DNA from: Amoebophrya sp. A120
Lineage: Eukaryota; Protista; Dinoflagellata
Direction of reading: 5' to 3'
Assembly: GCA_905178155.1 (NCBI GenBank)
Contig: CAJINV010000006.1
Span: forward strand, 2,582,658 to 2,646,657
DNA length: 64,000 bases
Shown here: positions 21,386 through 34,820 of the stretch, piece after piece
How the letters are laid out: every line of letters begins with the position of its first letter
Position numbering within the stretch: the stretch's first letter is position 1
Notes under the pieces: model-generated
Database searches by the model: none
The model's input: the letters and a program-made list of their open reading frames with translations, nothing else
Told to the model about the DNA's origin: nothing
Program-made: the position numbers and the translations under genes

Positions 21386-23773
21386 TCAGGCCATCGCGTG
21401 TGCCAAATCCACCTTCAGACAGGACGCCAAAACCCCGGTAAAAACGTCCGCGCGGGATATAACCAGCTCAGGTGCTACAACAATCTCAAACGGTACAATA
21501 GAATATGGAAATCAATCTGTGATGCACGAGGTGCATTATTTAGCCGACTTCCACGGGACGATTGCGCATGACAAGCTCCGGAGTCGGAGTCCCAAACCGC
21601 ACTACAATTATCTGGCGCAATTTGTATTGCAGAAAGTGGAATGCTGTCCGAGTCTGTCATGCAAACATCCAGACTCTATTGTAACGTTTGAGATGGTAAC
21701 CGATTTGAGCAGGTCATACGGGAGATGTCGCCTTCCTGTTTGCACTCCAGCGGGTTTTTGGTACCGGTCGGAAAGAAACTGATTTACAAGTGAATGATTC
21801 GTAGTTTGTCATGCACAAAAGCGGATGAGAAAGAATCTTTGTCATGCGTAGCACAAATAAAGGTAAAAAGTACTAATCATCATCATATAGTAATTCACGA
21901 ACTACTTATACCTGAAGTTCCACTTTTTCTTGGCCGGAACGAGCTGGTAAAAATTTCGGTCCGTCGCATTATAGTCTCGCACCCAGGGAGGTATGGAAAT
22001 AAAGCTGGTGAGAAGTAGTGTAAGTAGTCTTTTTGTCATGCGATTTTGATCTCCGTTTTCCGACTGACCATTCTTTTCGTAGCTCGGTCTGCCATGCATG
22101 TTCAGTAGAACTACCTTTTGGTGTTGGTTCAGTCTCTTGGCATGACGAAAAAAAATCAGCATCAGAAAGAAGAAACACTTGTCCACCTCAGAATGGAAAC
22201 ATTTCATACTCCGGTCAAATATCCAGTGCAAAAGTATCGTACTCGTAGCAATTGCAGTGATGAATTACAAATTTTTCACCTAAGGGCAACCAGCATTACA
22301 GACTCCATTTCTCACGCTGATAAAATTTGTCATGCGATTTACACTAGTACGATGCTTTTGCAATGCACATCAAACACCTCGTCGTTGTGAAAAACCATCG
22401 GGCAGTTGAGGTATGAAAAGGAAAATACCGCTAGAACCTCGTAGAAGCCGAAGTTGTCATGCGCTCCACTCCCGAAGCAGTAAATGCATAATTCTAAATC
22501 AGCATGACAAATTCGGCTTCAACGACGCAAAGCCGTGCTCCAGTCCGCCGTATCCGCGTGTCCTCGTCCAAACCAAACATTTTCCTCACCGAGTCGTCGA
22601 ATAGTTGCCAAGACCACTTCTGGCCATACCTGAGATGGCGTGAAGGACGTGTTTGTCATGCAGCAACGCGCATCACACAGATACTTAAAGTGTTTTTCAT
22701 GCGCACGAATACGAAAACATCAACCAGAAAGAGCATTAAAACTTAGTACGTTCCCTGCCCAAAGGCCCCGTTGAAAGGGTTCATGTTGGTCTCCCAGTAG
22801 ATTGCACCCGTCTGCAGTCCGTTTGGGGTGTGGGGGGGAAAAATTGTTTGACTACAGCATGTTTGGAAAAATGAAATGGCATGCAGTACGACTGCTGGGG
22901 ACTTCATTTTGCTAAGAAGCGGAGAGTGCAGCTGCACGCAAAGCTCAGGCATGCAAACAGTACTTTTGAAAGATTTTTCAGTTCTTCCTCTCTCCCTCTG
23001 TCTCTGTATCCGTGCACAGTAGTAGACACATCTGATTTACTCCAAACAGCTGAGCAATGCATTTCTTTCACCCCATACTCCACTTTCGCTGCAAACAGCG
23101 AGGTATGGATTGCAAAAGTATCGCACTCGTATTTAAATGCAATACAAATTTCCCCAGCATGAGAAATATAATTTTGTAATGCGGATTTACCTTAAGAAAA
23201 AAATTTGTAATGCATGATTGCAATACGAGTACGATACTTTTGCACAGAATACGAGGAGGGCGCCAGGTCGGCGTACGTCATGGCTGTTGGAGCACCGCTA
23301 TGGACTGCAAAAATGTCTGGGTCTGGAAGACTGGAAGGTCTGTCATGCTCTGCTAGCATGACTCCAAAGTCTGTCATGCTCGTTACCCAAAAGCCCCACT
23401 TTTCTGCCATGCCGGAACGCGGTTTGTCATGCAGAATGCGCAACACCTAGCAAGTCAGAAACTTGTCATGCTGAGCAGTTACTTGTGGCGTCCTCAGGAT
23501 TCGCCAGCCAGCATCACAAGTTTCCAGACCCAGACATATTTGCATTTCATAACCGCCGGAACTGCCGGGAGCCGCCGGAGCTGCCGCATCACCTACCACG
23601 CTGGGTTCTGCTTTAACACTCGGCAACATTTTTGCCGACTGCGCTGCATTCATTTGCGCAAACAAACCCTGACCCGCCAGCAGGGGCCGCTGCGAGGAAG
23701 GGTTAAGGTTCCCTCCTCGTGTTGGAAAGCACGACTGGGGTGAGTGCTGGTCTTTTCCCCGACGCGGCAGCAT
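21386..23773 (-). CDS. Hypothetical protein, multi-exon; boundaries approximate
   Basis: Joinable exons GAPTAMTYADLAPSS|LFAAKVEYG, GAIYWETNMNPFNG, YLNCPMVFHNDEVF|DRSMKCFHSE, IPPWVRDYNATDRNFYQL, ...KVDLAHAMA-TGA. Confidence 0.5.
21476..21698. mobile_element. Introner family F
   Basis: TIR atctcaaacg.tacaataga; reverse orientation relative to 7322-7537; DR not clean. Confidence 0.75.
22220..22369. mobile_element. Introner family B
   Basis: TIR; DR tcaaa. Confidence 0.88.
23104..23251. mobile_element. Introner family B
   Basis: TIR; DR cgagg. Confidence 0.9.
23299..23551. mobile_element. Introner family A
   Basis: TIR; DR accgc. Confidence 0.9.
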
Positions 23774-24390
23774 TTTTGTGGGCGGTGATATGTAGTTGCT
23801 ATCTTTATTTCACGTATAATTTTACCTTGCCCTACCGCTAACCATGCTGGCAAGTGTGTTTCTTGTCAACCAATGTCACGGTGATAGGTGTGAGTCTACT
23901 GGTGCTCTTCTTCGTGTGCCTAAACTTCCCTTCCCTCCTCAGCATTTCATCGTTGGTACAATTTAATACCACGGAAAAAAACGACCGAGTCTTTTTTCTG
24001 TGACGCAGGCATGCGTATAAACCTGTACATCAAGAAGCGAGCAGAACAAAGGTAGAACGGAAGCTAACCAAAATAAGACAAGAACCGAGAACATTGTACT
24101 CCGCCGCGAAAGAATGCCTTCCTCCGCCGCGAAAGAACGCCACGGTACGAAAGAGGTAAAGACGAAACAAATGTTTTTCTTCTACTTCATTTGCCGCCCC
24201 AGTGTCGTTTCTGGAAGATTTTTTGTTGTGCGCGAGTAAGAGTACTATGACCGTTCATTTCAAATCGGATTCATGTCTTGAAACTACAAATCTCCGCTAA
24301 GTACAACTCATTACCAACATCTTGGTATGTGATCAAGAACTTCTCATGCTCCTCCTGTGATGTGGAGAAACAGCTGTAGTAAATTATCCT

Positions 24391-27300
24391 TCACACGACC
24401 CTCAACATCCACACATCGCCCCCCGGCAAAACCGAGATTTCCCGGATATTCCTGCCGACCGCGAATGTCTCTACCTATCAAGAAGAAAAATCCCCCCTCC
24501 CCATATCAAAACGGAAATCTGTGATGCATATTTGTGGTCACAAATCAGCTTTGTCATGCTAGAAGGGAAATACAGTAGTGGTGCTGGGTGGCGTGGGAAA
24601 GCCTTGCATCTTCAGCATGACAGGAGGCAGCTGGAAGTGGGAAACAGCATGGAAAATGGCCTGCAAACGAGGCCACAGTGGCGGCTCCTGGCCTTCTAGC
24701 ATTACACGTCGATTTGTGTACTCAAATACAGCATCACAAATTTGGTTTTCGATATGGGGTGGGGAGATTTTTCCTTTTGATACTACCTGCTCCTTCACTT
24801 TTCCCTCCCGATTGCCAAACCCGGTGCCAGCGAGGACTAAATTCGTGTTGAGCACGGCCCAGTCGTTCAAATCGCGAGCCAAATTTGCGTAATCGTTGTC
24901 GAAGAAGACGAAGCCCAGCTGACTATCCTAGGGAAAAACGCTCCCACCCCACAGTGAAGATGGGGCTCGTGCTGCACAAATCAAGAAGGTTTGGCTGTTG
25001 CGCATGACAAGTTCGTGATAGATTTAGGTGGTGCAACTGCATCACAGATCGAATGGCGTATTCTTGTTTTCCCAGCATGACAAACTCTACCTCCCAGATA
25101 GGGGTAGCATTTTTACAATAGTTCCTCATGGAGCTGCTGCGCATGAGAAACGCCTCAGGTTAGTTGCGAATTAGCATGACAACTACGGGGTGGGGACGTT
25201 TTTGCTTGGGATACTGACTGCTCATCCCCGAGGTCCGAAAAGTGTCTGCGAAAGAGTGCGCCAAGTCTCGCACGAAATATGAGAGTGCTGACAACTCCCC
25301 CTCCCCCTCATTTGTTAAGCATGAACAGCAATACAAACACCAGCACACGTGGAGCCTGTGCATGACAAATTCATGCAGTTCTAGTGTAGTACTGTTTGGG
25401 GTCGTTCCGGAATCATCTGTCATGCTAAAAGTGCCACAGGGAAGCACTTCGATTTGGAGCTTTGCATGACAAATGAGAGGGAGGAGAGGCTATTTTCACT
25501 GTCATACGAAAGAGAGCCGGTTCTGAAAAGTTGGATTGATGCTAAACTGCTCCTGCACGGTATGAACTGCAAAAGTATCGCACTCGTATAAATGCATTAC
25601 AAATTTCCTCAGCATGAGACAGGAAATCTATTATGCAGATTCACCTTAAGAAAAAGATTTGTATATGCATGATTGCGATACGAGTACGATACTTTTGCAC
25701 AGGATACACGGACTCAAACGTCAATTGCGCTTCCTGGTCGGTTACCAAGTGCAAATATGTCGGGGTCTGGAAACTTGTGGTGCATGTCAGTGAATAGAAA
25801 GCGCACTGTAATGCACCGCCAAGCATGACAGATGTTCTCGTGGCTCTGTGTTGCGTATTCCGCATCAGAACCATCGTTTTTGCATGACAGACAAGACGAG
25901 GTCATCTTCCGATGTTGGCCCCACGCAATACAGAGTTCTGAGTCATGCTAAACTAGCATGAGAAATCTCGCAATCTTCCAGACCCAGACATATTTGCAAT
26001 GCTTATCGGTGGGAAAGGTGCAATCGGGAGAAGATGGTGATGGTTTTACTGCTGCTTTATTTTGCCCGTCTTGTTCCTGCAATGTGAAAGAATTTGCGTT
26101 CCCAGCTTTTCTTGCAGCCCCGCATCCCACCAAGTGAATCCAGGGGTCCACTAAATACAGCCCAATGGAGCTCGCTCTATCCAGAGCAATAAATACGTCT
26201 GGGTGTGGAAGCACCAGGTTTCGCATGACCAAGAGAAGATAGAGTGCGGGCTCAGCATCACAAATTTTCTTGAGAAGGATCCTCGACGCCTAGTCTGTGT
26301 GAGAAGAAGCGTTGCCTGCTTCTCGTAAGTACTTACTCCAAAATTGGGCACCTGCTTTGCTGGTCATGCAATACAGATTCTTGCGTCGATCAGACCTAGC
26401 ATCACAAACTCAGACTCGTCTTCCAGGCCCAGACATATTTGCAGTGGATACGTCCACCTTCCCAACAAGTCCAGCGAGAAGGCGTAGTTTTTTCCGACTC
26501 CCTATCCTCTGTAAAAACGTCCCCTCCCCAGAGTTGTCATGCATATGTGCAATGACAGGAACATTTGTAATGCGCAGCTCCACGAGACGAGGCATTTCCA
26601 ATGGTGTTTCGGAATTTGGAATGCTGTAAACAGGATGCGAAAGCGGCTTTCTCGTGCGGCTTCCACCTTTGCCAACCAGCACTACACTGCAGAGAGAAAC
26701 TTGTCATGCACAGCTATAACAAAACTTGGAGATTTGTGTTGCTAGATTCCCAACTTGACTATGGTGTGGGGACGTTTTTACGCAGAATACTCCCAGAATC
26801 ACCCCCAACCGGTATCCAGGAAAAAAACTGTGTGAGTGTAACTTTGTAGAAACAGCAGCAAACGCAAAGCATCACAAATTCGATTTGCATTACAGAAAAA
26901 ACCTGTCGTGCGCAGATAGCACGTGAAAACACGTATGAAACACGGCTATGACGCACTTCCAGCATGGCAAGTGTAACTGTTTTGCATTTTTTGCATCACA
27001 GATTTACACTTACACAGTTTTTTTCTACTTGCATAGCCGGTTTGCCGCGTGCACTTGGAGGTAATCGGGGAGGGAAAGGGTTGCTGGGTGCAGGATTTGT
27101 ACGCTTGTGCTGCTAGTTGTTTGTTGTACTGCTGGCACTGTAGTTGGTGGTGAAGAGGCCGCGCTACCTGTACAGAGACGAAGGACAAGGATGCTGCGCT
27201 GAGTGTTTCTTTGTATACGAAAATTCAAGCTTTTCATATTATCGAAATGAAGCAAAGGTCCAGGGAAATAAGCGTGGACATTGAAGCCTGACCACCTCAC

Positions 27301-28779
27301 GAGGACTCTGCAAAAAGTGAAAGAACGCGAGGCTAGTAATATATGAAGTTGTGAACTTATCTAAAGTGAATATGCGTGGAAGTACCAGGTCCTGTAGTTA
27401 TTTGTTCTCCCTCTCCTTCCGTGCCCATTGTTCCCACCACCCCGTCCTCCTCGTCATCCCCGAAGATGCTTTGTATTGCGTTGTCGCCTAAAATCGTGTT
27501 TTTCTGCGCAGCGCCGCTCGCTCCGTTAGAATTTATTTCTACTCCGGTGGAATCACTGCTACTACCAGTTTTGCCACTTGGTCGTGCCGGGCGCACAGAT
27601 GCCTTTTGCGTGACCGGCCGGTGCGTGGTTTTCCGAACCTGGGGGCTGTGGTATGCATTGCAAATAATATGTCTGGGTCTGGAAGTAGAATGGAAGTTTG
27701 TCATGCTTGTCGCTCATGACTCCTAACTCTGTGCTGCATGAGCAGGATGGGAGTCGCGTGCCTGTCATGCAATAGCGCAGTTTGCCATGCGGAACTCGCA
27801 ACACATAGCAGCTCAAGAACTTGTCATGCTTGGCTGCGTATTGCAGTGTGTCCACCATTCCCAAGCCAGCATCACAAGTTTCCAGAGGACCCAGACATAC
27901 TTGCATTTCATATGTGGTGCGTCGTGGCGATGTCCTGCACCCGCGGAATGATGGTGGGCGGGTTGGTCGTTCTCTGGTGTCCGCGGGAGGAGGATGCGTG
28001 ACCGCCGGGGACTCCAGGGGCCGAATTTCCATTTCCATGCGATGTGGAGTCAACAGCGTCGTAACTTCCATCATCGTCCTCGTCAAAGAGAGTCTCAACG
28101 TCCGCGCTGCAGCAATCCAACTGAATCTCGTTGTTGTAAAGGCTCGTTTGCTATGCAGAGTGCAAACAGGTCATCTGGGGGGTTCTTCGACTTTTTCGTT
28201 CTCCAGCCAAAAGATTAAGTCGCGAAAATGCACAACAAACTCCTGAAACTTGCATTTTTTATCCACACTAGCATTTTTGCAATACAGAATTTATTGGATT
28301 TTGCAGCTGCTCTGAGTCAGCAGGCACAACACGAAAAATGCTTTTACTAGCCCAGAACCTGTGATGTCCCTTTGCATAAGTAGAGCACCCGCGACGTGTA
28401 CAGTTGGCCCAGCAAAACCGCGGCCAGCAGCATATCCTATGTAAAAACGTCCCCACTCCATAGTCAAGTTGGCAAATTGCAACACAAATCTCCAAGTTTT
28501 GGGAGTTGCGCATGACAAAGCTCCATCTGCAGTGTAGTGCTGGTTAGCAAGGGCAGCCGTGTGAGAAGCCCCGCTTCTCATCTTCCTGTTTACAGCATTA
28601 CAAAGTCCAAAACACGATTGGAAATGCCTCTCATAGAGATGCGCACTCCATCAAATGCTCCTGTCAGTGCGCATTTGCATGACAACTCTGGGGTGGGGAT
28701 GTTTTTGCTGAAGATACAGCACCAGCGCCAGCTGCTTTTTCCCGGAGTTGTTCTCCACTTGGGAGATGGGGCTGGTCAT
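24391..28779 (-). CDS. Type II membrane protein with divergent Methyltransf_24-like class I methyltransferase domain
   Basis: N-terminal anchor KKQLALVL|LAAVLLGQLYTS; spliced RLGVILGVGKNYAFSLDLLGRW...LYLVDPW, YFVRDLAHSFADTF, LGFVFFDNDYANLARDLNDW...VLAGTGF...VKEQV|ETFA...DVWMLRVV-TGA. Confidence 0.62.
24476..24782. mobile_element. Introner family E
   Basis: TIR; DR ctacc. Confidence 0.9.
24924..25213. mobile_element. Introner family C
   Basis: TIR; DR ctgac. Confidence 0.85.
25561..25706. mobile_element. Introner family B
   Basis: TIR; DR cacgg. Confidence 0.9.
25743..26005. mobile_element. Introner family A
   Basis: TIR; DR tcggt. Confidence 0.86.
26178..26450. mobile_element. Introner family A (diverged)
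   Basis: TIR; DR cgctc/cgtcc. Confidence 0.8.
26503..26789. mobile_element. Introner family C
   Basis: TIR; DR ctccc. Confidence 0.88.
26813..27035. mobile_element. Introner family G
   Basis: TIR tat...gaaaaaaactgtgt.agtgtaa; DR accgg/gccgg. Confidence 0.86.
27652..27912. mobile_element. Introner family A
   Basis: TIR; DR tgtgg. Confidence 0.86.
28433..28716. mobile_element. Introner family C
   Basis: TIR; DR cagca. Confidence 0.88.
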
Positions 28780-29949
28780 GATTAGAAAATTATCTCCGGC
28801 TATTGGTCCCCGTAGTCGTCCGTGGTCAAAGCAATTGCTCGCTCACGCGGGGCGGATGAGCAGCTGCACTTCCACCTGTAATTTCAACAAGACGACTTGT
28901 TCTCGTCAATGTTCAGTGCCCGAGCTGCGTGTTCTTGCACAGAAGAAAAATAAGCGCCATCCTTGTAAATCAAAAACACACGACTAGTACAGCCACCGAA
29001 GCGACAAAGATCCAAGTAAACTCACACTACGTTTACTCAGAATCAGAATCAGAAAGTTTCAAAAAATGCGCGAACCACGAGGGGATGCCGCTAGAGAGGA
29101 GCAACGTGCGCTTACAATAAGATTGATCATGTTCTTACGCGAGACGCGACAAAACAAGTAGGACAGCGTCGTACTTTCGGAAAACAAAATGACAACTACT
29201 AAGCTGGTTCCTTGCGTACACCACACTCAACAGCATGATCCTGAAAGAACGGCGGTAGCGTTGATCGTGAAACAAGAATTATGGTAGTGTATCCTTATCT
29301 TCGTGACCACAACAAAATCAAACGAACCGGCTCGTTCGCAAAGAAAGTAAGGCGGAACACGGAAATAAACCGCAAAGAGCAGACACTGCACCACACCAGT
29401 CAGTGTGCAGCCTGAAAAAAAGCGATGGGCGCTGTAGTACTGCCAGGATTTTTTCGAACAAAGGTCCGCCGGACCGATGAGGTCATGTTTTGGAGGTACA
29501 GTGGGCGTTACTTATAGTGCCAACATTTTTCATCCGAAATAACATTGACGGAACCACGATTCATTTGAAACGCGTCTAGTACAGGGAAGGGGTAGCCAAA
29601 GGAGCCAAAAGGAGTAAACATTTTTACTTCGCGGAGTTTTTAATGTATTGCATATATTTTTTGACGATGACATAATTAGGATTACGGTTCCGATAAAAAG
29701 AATGACTGAAGCATAATACACGACTACTTCTTGCGACATTTGCTCTTTGTCATTTCCTGTTTCATGCAGATGAAGGATACAGCGCTGTGACAACGTTGAT
29801 GTTGAAAACTACAAGCTCATATTAATCGACTGCGAGTGATGCTGGTTTGCTCTGATACAGGGGAAAAAAATTTCATAATACACGACGACATTGCCCGTTC
29901 TAGCAAAATTTTGAAATTTCTACTCGTAGTTTTTTTATACAAAGCAAAT

Positions 29950-31496
29950 AACACTTCCCTGATGCAAAATGTGCCTGATGCGTCGATGTGCTGATGAAAA
30001 TGAGATTGTGAAAAGGATATGTCCGGGAGGCGTATGCCAACCTCGCCATCAATCAAAAAGCTCCGCTAGCTTCCGCGGTGGTGGCCTGTCGTTCTCGTTA
30101 TTTCTCTTCGGCAAGACGTTCGGCTTTTTTCGGCAGCAAAATGGGGCGCCGCCTTTAAGCATTGCAGCTGCCCATCAGGCGCTGCGCCATTGCAAAAGAG
30201 CCAAAAAGTGCAGCAAAATTGCTGGAAAGATGTATTTTTGGAGCAACTATCAAGCGGGCAGTACTCAAAAGCTGGATTTTTGCAGGGAGCGATTCAAATG
30301 AGGTCTTTTTTGGGGAAAAAAGCGGTCCAAAATGACCTCTATCTGGATCGAGCGTCAGGTCGTGATACCGGCTCTCGATGGTTCCCAAGATAGAGGTCCG
30401 GATGGAGGCCCTCCATGAACGAAAACCACCGATACAGGTCGGGGAACCGAAACCGAATTCATTTTCACCGAATCGCGGCGCTGTGGCGCCTTTTTTCAAC
30501 ATTTCTGCGCCCCCACCATCACCACCATGCCCTTCGCGCCCCTGTGGAGTGGCGCTCTACAGCCCGAACTGCTCGACCGTTAGCTCCGGGGCCGCCACGA
30601 TCCCCCGCGACCCTTTGCGCGCCTAGCTTGCCTCGCCCATGCACCTCCTCGAGCCACATGGAGCACACAGAAACGCCCAAACCATACTCGTGATTTACCT
30701 TCAAGCGGCCCCCCTTCGCGTGGTTGGCGCTCGAGCCCCGACGGCGTCGGCCGGTGCAATAGCGCACGAGATTGCCCCTCTTTGGGGGCTTTCCGTGGGC
30801 ACATACCCTCCGACGCCGTAGCGGCCGTGGGGTTTAGAGCTTGCGCTCCTATCCCAAGGCATTTCGGCCCGGGGTTTGCGGCTTCGTGGAGACAACAAAG
30901 TAGTCGCAGGCTGCGCTTGTTGTTTTGTTTGCTGGCAAAGCGGCCCGCATGATAACAATGCGATCAAGCCATGCTGGGGTGGGCCCAGGTCTTTCATGAG
31001 CGCAGGCCCAAAACCCTGCCCGCCGCCACCTAGCAGAAGCAACTACGTCCGGCGGTGTATCCGCCTCGGTTTGAAGATAGGCCGCGGGGCCCCTTTCAAA
31101 CAGGTGGCGCGCATGTCTTCCCCAGGACGGCCTAGCAGCGCTGCTGCCACTTATATTTTTGACTGCTTTCGTTTTTGACTATGTAGGGCTGCTTAATTCC
31201 GCTCGTTTCTTCTGCGTGACAGATGTCGCCTATGTATCTAATTCAAGTTGAGAGCGAGCTAGATGTTTGGCTTCATACTCTCTTCGGCGGCGTCTGGGAA
31301 CCGGGAACAAAACATCAAAAACGTATGACAGAATAAGTCTCGTTTTGTTTTACAACTTTAAGATGTCAAATGGTTGAAGAAAAATTTTTGAATCGCCTAC
31401 TTTTGAATCGCTGAATCCATCCCATAAACACTTCCCTGATGCAAAATGTGCCTCATGCGTCGATGTGCTGATGAAAATGAAATTGTGAAAAGGATA
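29950..31496 (+). mobile_element. ~1.4-kb GC-rich insertion flanked by 70-bp direct repeats (possible degraded non-LTR retroelement)
   Basis: 70-bp repeat at 29950-30019 and 31427-31496 (2 mismatches); degenerate TGAATC repeats before the right copy; weak RTE-like peptide LRHCKRAKKCSKIAGKMYFW. Confidence 0.5.
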
Positions 31497-31642
31497 CTTA
31501 CTGTAATGTGGCATAGAAAATCAGACAACTAACCGCTACGACTGATTGAACTGAGACTACTTCTTCTATCTAGTGCTACCTGCTTTTATTGTTCTTCTAC
31601 TACAACAACTTCTGCTCCATTTATAATGAATTCCCGCCCTTT

Positions 31643-33845
31643 TTAGTCCTGGTCCAGCGGAATGACCAGTGCGTAGTTCGTTTTCGTCAGCGCTGGATTC
31701 CTGTACTATCAAATGCAAATATGTCTGGGTCTGGGAAGTTGTGATGCAAGTCACTGAATAGTAAGCACACTCCTGTAATGCGCCGCCAAGCATGACAAGT
31801 TTTATTTTCATGGTTCTGTGTTGCGTATTCCGCACGATAGAATTAACTGTGTATTTGCATGACAATCAAGAGGAGCTCTAGTACTTGGTTTCCCCGCAAT
31901 ACAGATCCCGGAGTCATGCCAGACTAGCATGACAAGTCTCGCAATCTCCCAGACCCAGATCGAAATTTGCAATCGATAGGTACGTGCTGGGCTCGCGGAC
32001 GTAGATGCTGTTGCGATGGAATACCCGCTGGCTCCCCGGAGCAGGGGCATCTTCCCGGTTGAAGGTGAGGAATCCCGGAGCGGAGGGGTTTTTCGAAATG
32101 TCTGTTTTGAAGTAGTTCGTAAAGAATTGTTGTTTTCAAAGCGGCTTTTTTATATTGCAAAAAACAGAAACCTATTTTTCACCTGCTCGACATCAATCAG
32201 CATGACATCAAAATAGAACTCTTTTTCTTCTCCCGGAGCGAACTTGTGAAAATCAAAATTTTTGTTTCAAAAAAGTACTTGCCAACGGCCCGAAATTTTT
32301 CTTGAACCAGGGACTGGACCGGGCCATGTGGGCAACTCGCTTCTTGTTCCCCTCCCGCGTGGCGATATCGTACCCATTATCCAATGCAAATATTCCCGGA
32401 TCATGTCTGGAAAATATGTAATTGTGGGTTGTGACAAATGATAATGAATGGGCTGTGATGCACAGCCGTGCATGAGAACTATTTGCGCGGCCGCTAGGTG
32501 TTGCGTTTTCCGCATGAAAAACTGCGCTTGTGCATGTCAAGCAAACGGGTATTTTTGTCTCTGCTTACGCACGACGCGTCACAAACTCTTCACTTCTGAT
32601 GCAAGACAAACATGAAAACCTTGCACTCTCGTAGTTCCAGATCGTCCAATCATATTTGCAATGCATAGATGTCAAGGTCCAGTAACAGGCTGCTCGTGCT
32701 GCGCTTCAACGATCGTCGGTACTGCAGCAGCGGCCCGTCCGGGAAGTTTTCTGTTTAGCGAAATTGTTTTCGGTGCATGTCTTCCAAAGGCTCCATTCTA
32801 TTTGTAATCACCAGCAGATCACTACTGCCGAAACATAACCAAGCAAAGCGCAGATGGCCAAATGGATACAAGCATCCCGGGGTAGTTTCTCGTGCCGATA
32901 ATATGAGAAGCGCCTGCATCTTCAAAGCAAAAGCTCTTTTACCCGCATCATAATTGCAAATCGTAAAAAATACTCTGGTCTTTCTGCATGACAGACAGAT
33001 CATCTCATCTCATATCTATCCACCTGCAGTTCTTGTACTCTACTGCAACTCCTGAAAGGATGAACCTGTAAAACCAACATACCGATCAACCCCCGGACTT
33101 TGACGATTTTTGCGACCTCCTCTTCGTTATCAAATGCAAAAATGTCTGGGTCTGGAAGAGTGCTAGGTTTGTCATACAGGTTTTCCATGACCCCCGCCGT
33201 CTGGCATGCACGGCCTAGCATGACAGGTTCTGCGAGATCTCTATCATGCCTTTTCTGCATGAGAAACTGCCTCTAAACTTGTTCAAAAGTGGACCTCTTT
33301 TGGTAATCATGCAACACAAATTTTTCCACGATCCAGATGTAGCATGACAAGTTACACTCTTCCAGACCCAGACATATTTGCAATGCATATTCGTGGCATT
33401 CCTGCCGAAAACCCGTCATTTCTTTGTACTCGGCAGAGGTTCTGCTATGCGCGGCAAACATATCTTCACCATCTCTCACCAACCAGAGAAACTGAATCAT
33501 GGCAGACTGTATTTGTGATGCGCAGGGGCAAGCGATATGGAATTCTGTCATGCTGATTACTATTGATTCAATTTCAACCGAAAGACCACGACCTGCTTTC
33601 ATCTCGTGCGGAAGTGTAGTTTGTCATGCTTCTATGCATCGCAAGACCGAAGTAAAGCCCCCTTGCCAACTTATTACATTTCCCTGCTTCTACTCGAGAG
33701 GTGATGTTGTAGTGCATTCTTTTCCAGGATAAACAATGGCGTTCGACAAATCCCGCAAGTGCTCCTCCTCGGCATCAACCCGCCGCGACCCTGCACCCTT
33801 GGTCTTCTTCTGCGGCAAAGTCGTGACGACCTCCTTGCCCGACAT
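31643..33845 (-). CDS. Small hypothetical protein, multi-exon
   Basis: MSGKEVVTTLPQKK...; EYKEMTGFRQECHE|EEVAKIVKVRGLI; GYDIATREGNKKRVAHMARSSPWF; IYVREPSTY|RNPALTKTNYALVIPLDQD-TAA. Confidence 0.6.
31707..31978. mobile_element. Introner family A
   Basis: TIR; DR tgtac/ggtac. Confidence 0.86.
32378..32667. mobile_element. Introner family A (diverged)
   Basis: TIR decayed; no clean DR. Confidence 0.72.
33128..33389. mobile_element. Introner family A
   Basis: TIR; DR ttcgt. Confidence 0.9.
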
Positions 33846-34773
33846 TTTTTTTTGTCCTCGTGAAGGCCGTTTGTTTTTGTTACGACGCAATCACTTCTGT
33901 TGATTCTGTTACAGGACTTCCTTCTTCCGACAGAAGTTCCTTACTGCTTCTTATTTCTAGAGGCAACGTGGGACAGTAGAAACACTAGAAGTTGGTGGGA
34001 GAAGAAAGTTCAACAAGTGGGAACTGGTTTTATTCGGTTCAGCGTAGATTTAGCATTCATGACATCCAGGTCCGGGGTGCTGGTAAGTACTTCGGTAAGA
34101 ATATTATGCGAAGAAAATTATGAGGACGAAACTTTCTGGAATATCAGTAGACTGTTCTTGGACGTCGAGACTACAGTTCTTGTTCTTCGGTTATGCTGTT
34201 GGACTTGTACTACTTCGGTTATGCTTTACTGTACGGAGGTGGACTTCTAGCCTCAGTTGTACGCAACGTCACTACCAGTTTGCAGTTCAGAGGTGGCGTT
34301 CAGTATATGCTCGTATGGAAAGAGTAGAGAGTTGAGCTTCGTTGTACTAGCATCTAACAGACTAGAGGACGAGGCATACGATCGTACTTCTGGAGTGCGA
34401 GGCATACGACCAGCATTGCCAAGATGGACGGACACACGTAGTCGTAGAGCACGTTTAAAAGATGTTCCGACGTGGCGCACGTTTTGATTTGTGTTGAACG
34501 TTGAACGAAAGGTTTTTTGCAATACGACGCCGGCTTGAGCTAGTTCTACTTTGCTCTGTGAACTACTGCGTCCCATTCTACTGGGAACAAAAAGCACGTT
34601 GCTGCGAACGATGGACACGAAACGACAGTGAAAGAACTCCTACTCCAGGTTGAAAATATTAGCAGTCCAGAACAAGAGGTGGACGCGGCCGCACTGTTTC
34701 TGTACTCGGCCTGGTACAACTAGCATGTGGCGTAGAAACAAATCTTCACGCACCACTTTCGGAACTGAGGCCA

Positions 34774-34777
34774 AGTG

Positions 34778-34820
<43 letters not shown>

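Noticed and set aside
29985-30030. Hammerhead ribozyme core (CTGATGA...GAAA) inside the 70-bp repeat
   Set aside because: Stem II is weak and I could not form stems I and III with a UH cleavage site.
29498-31505. Tc1/mariner-like TA-CAGT...ACTG-TA ends
   Set aside because: Only 4 bp are inverted; no extended TIR or transposase remnant.
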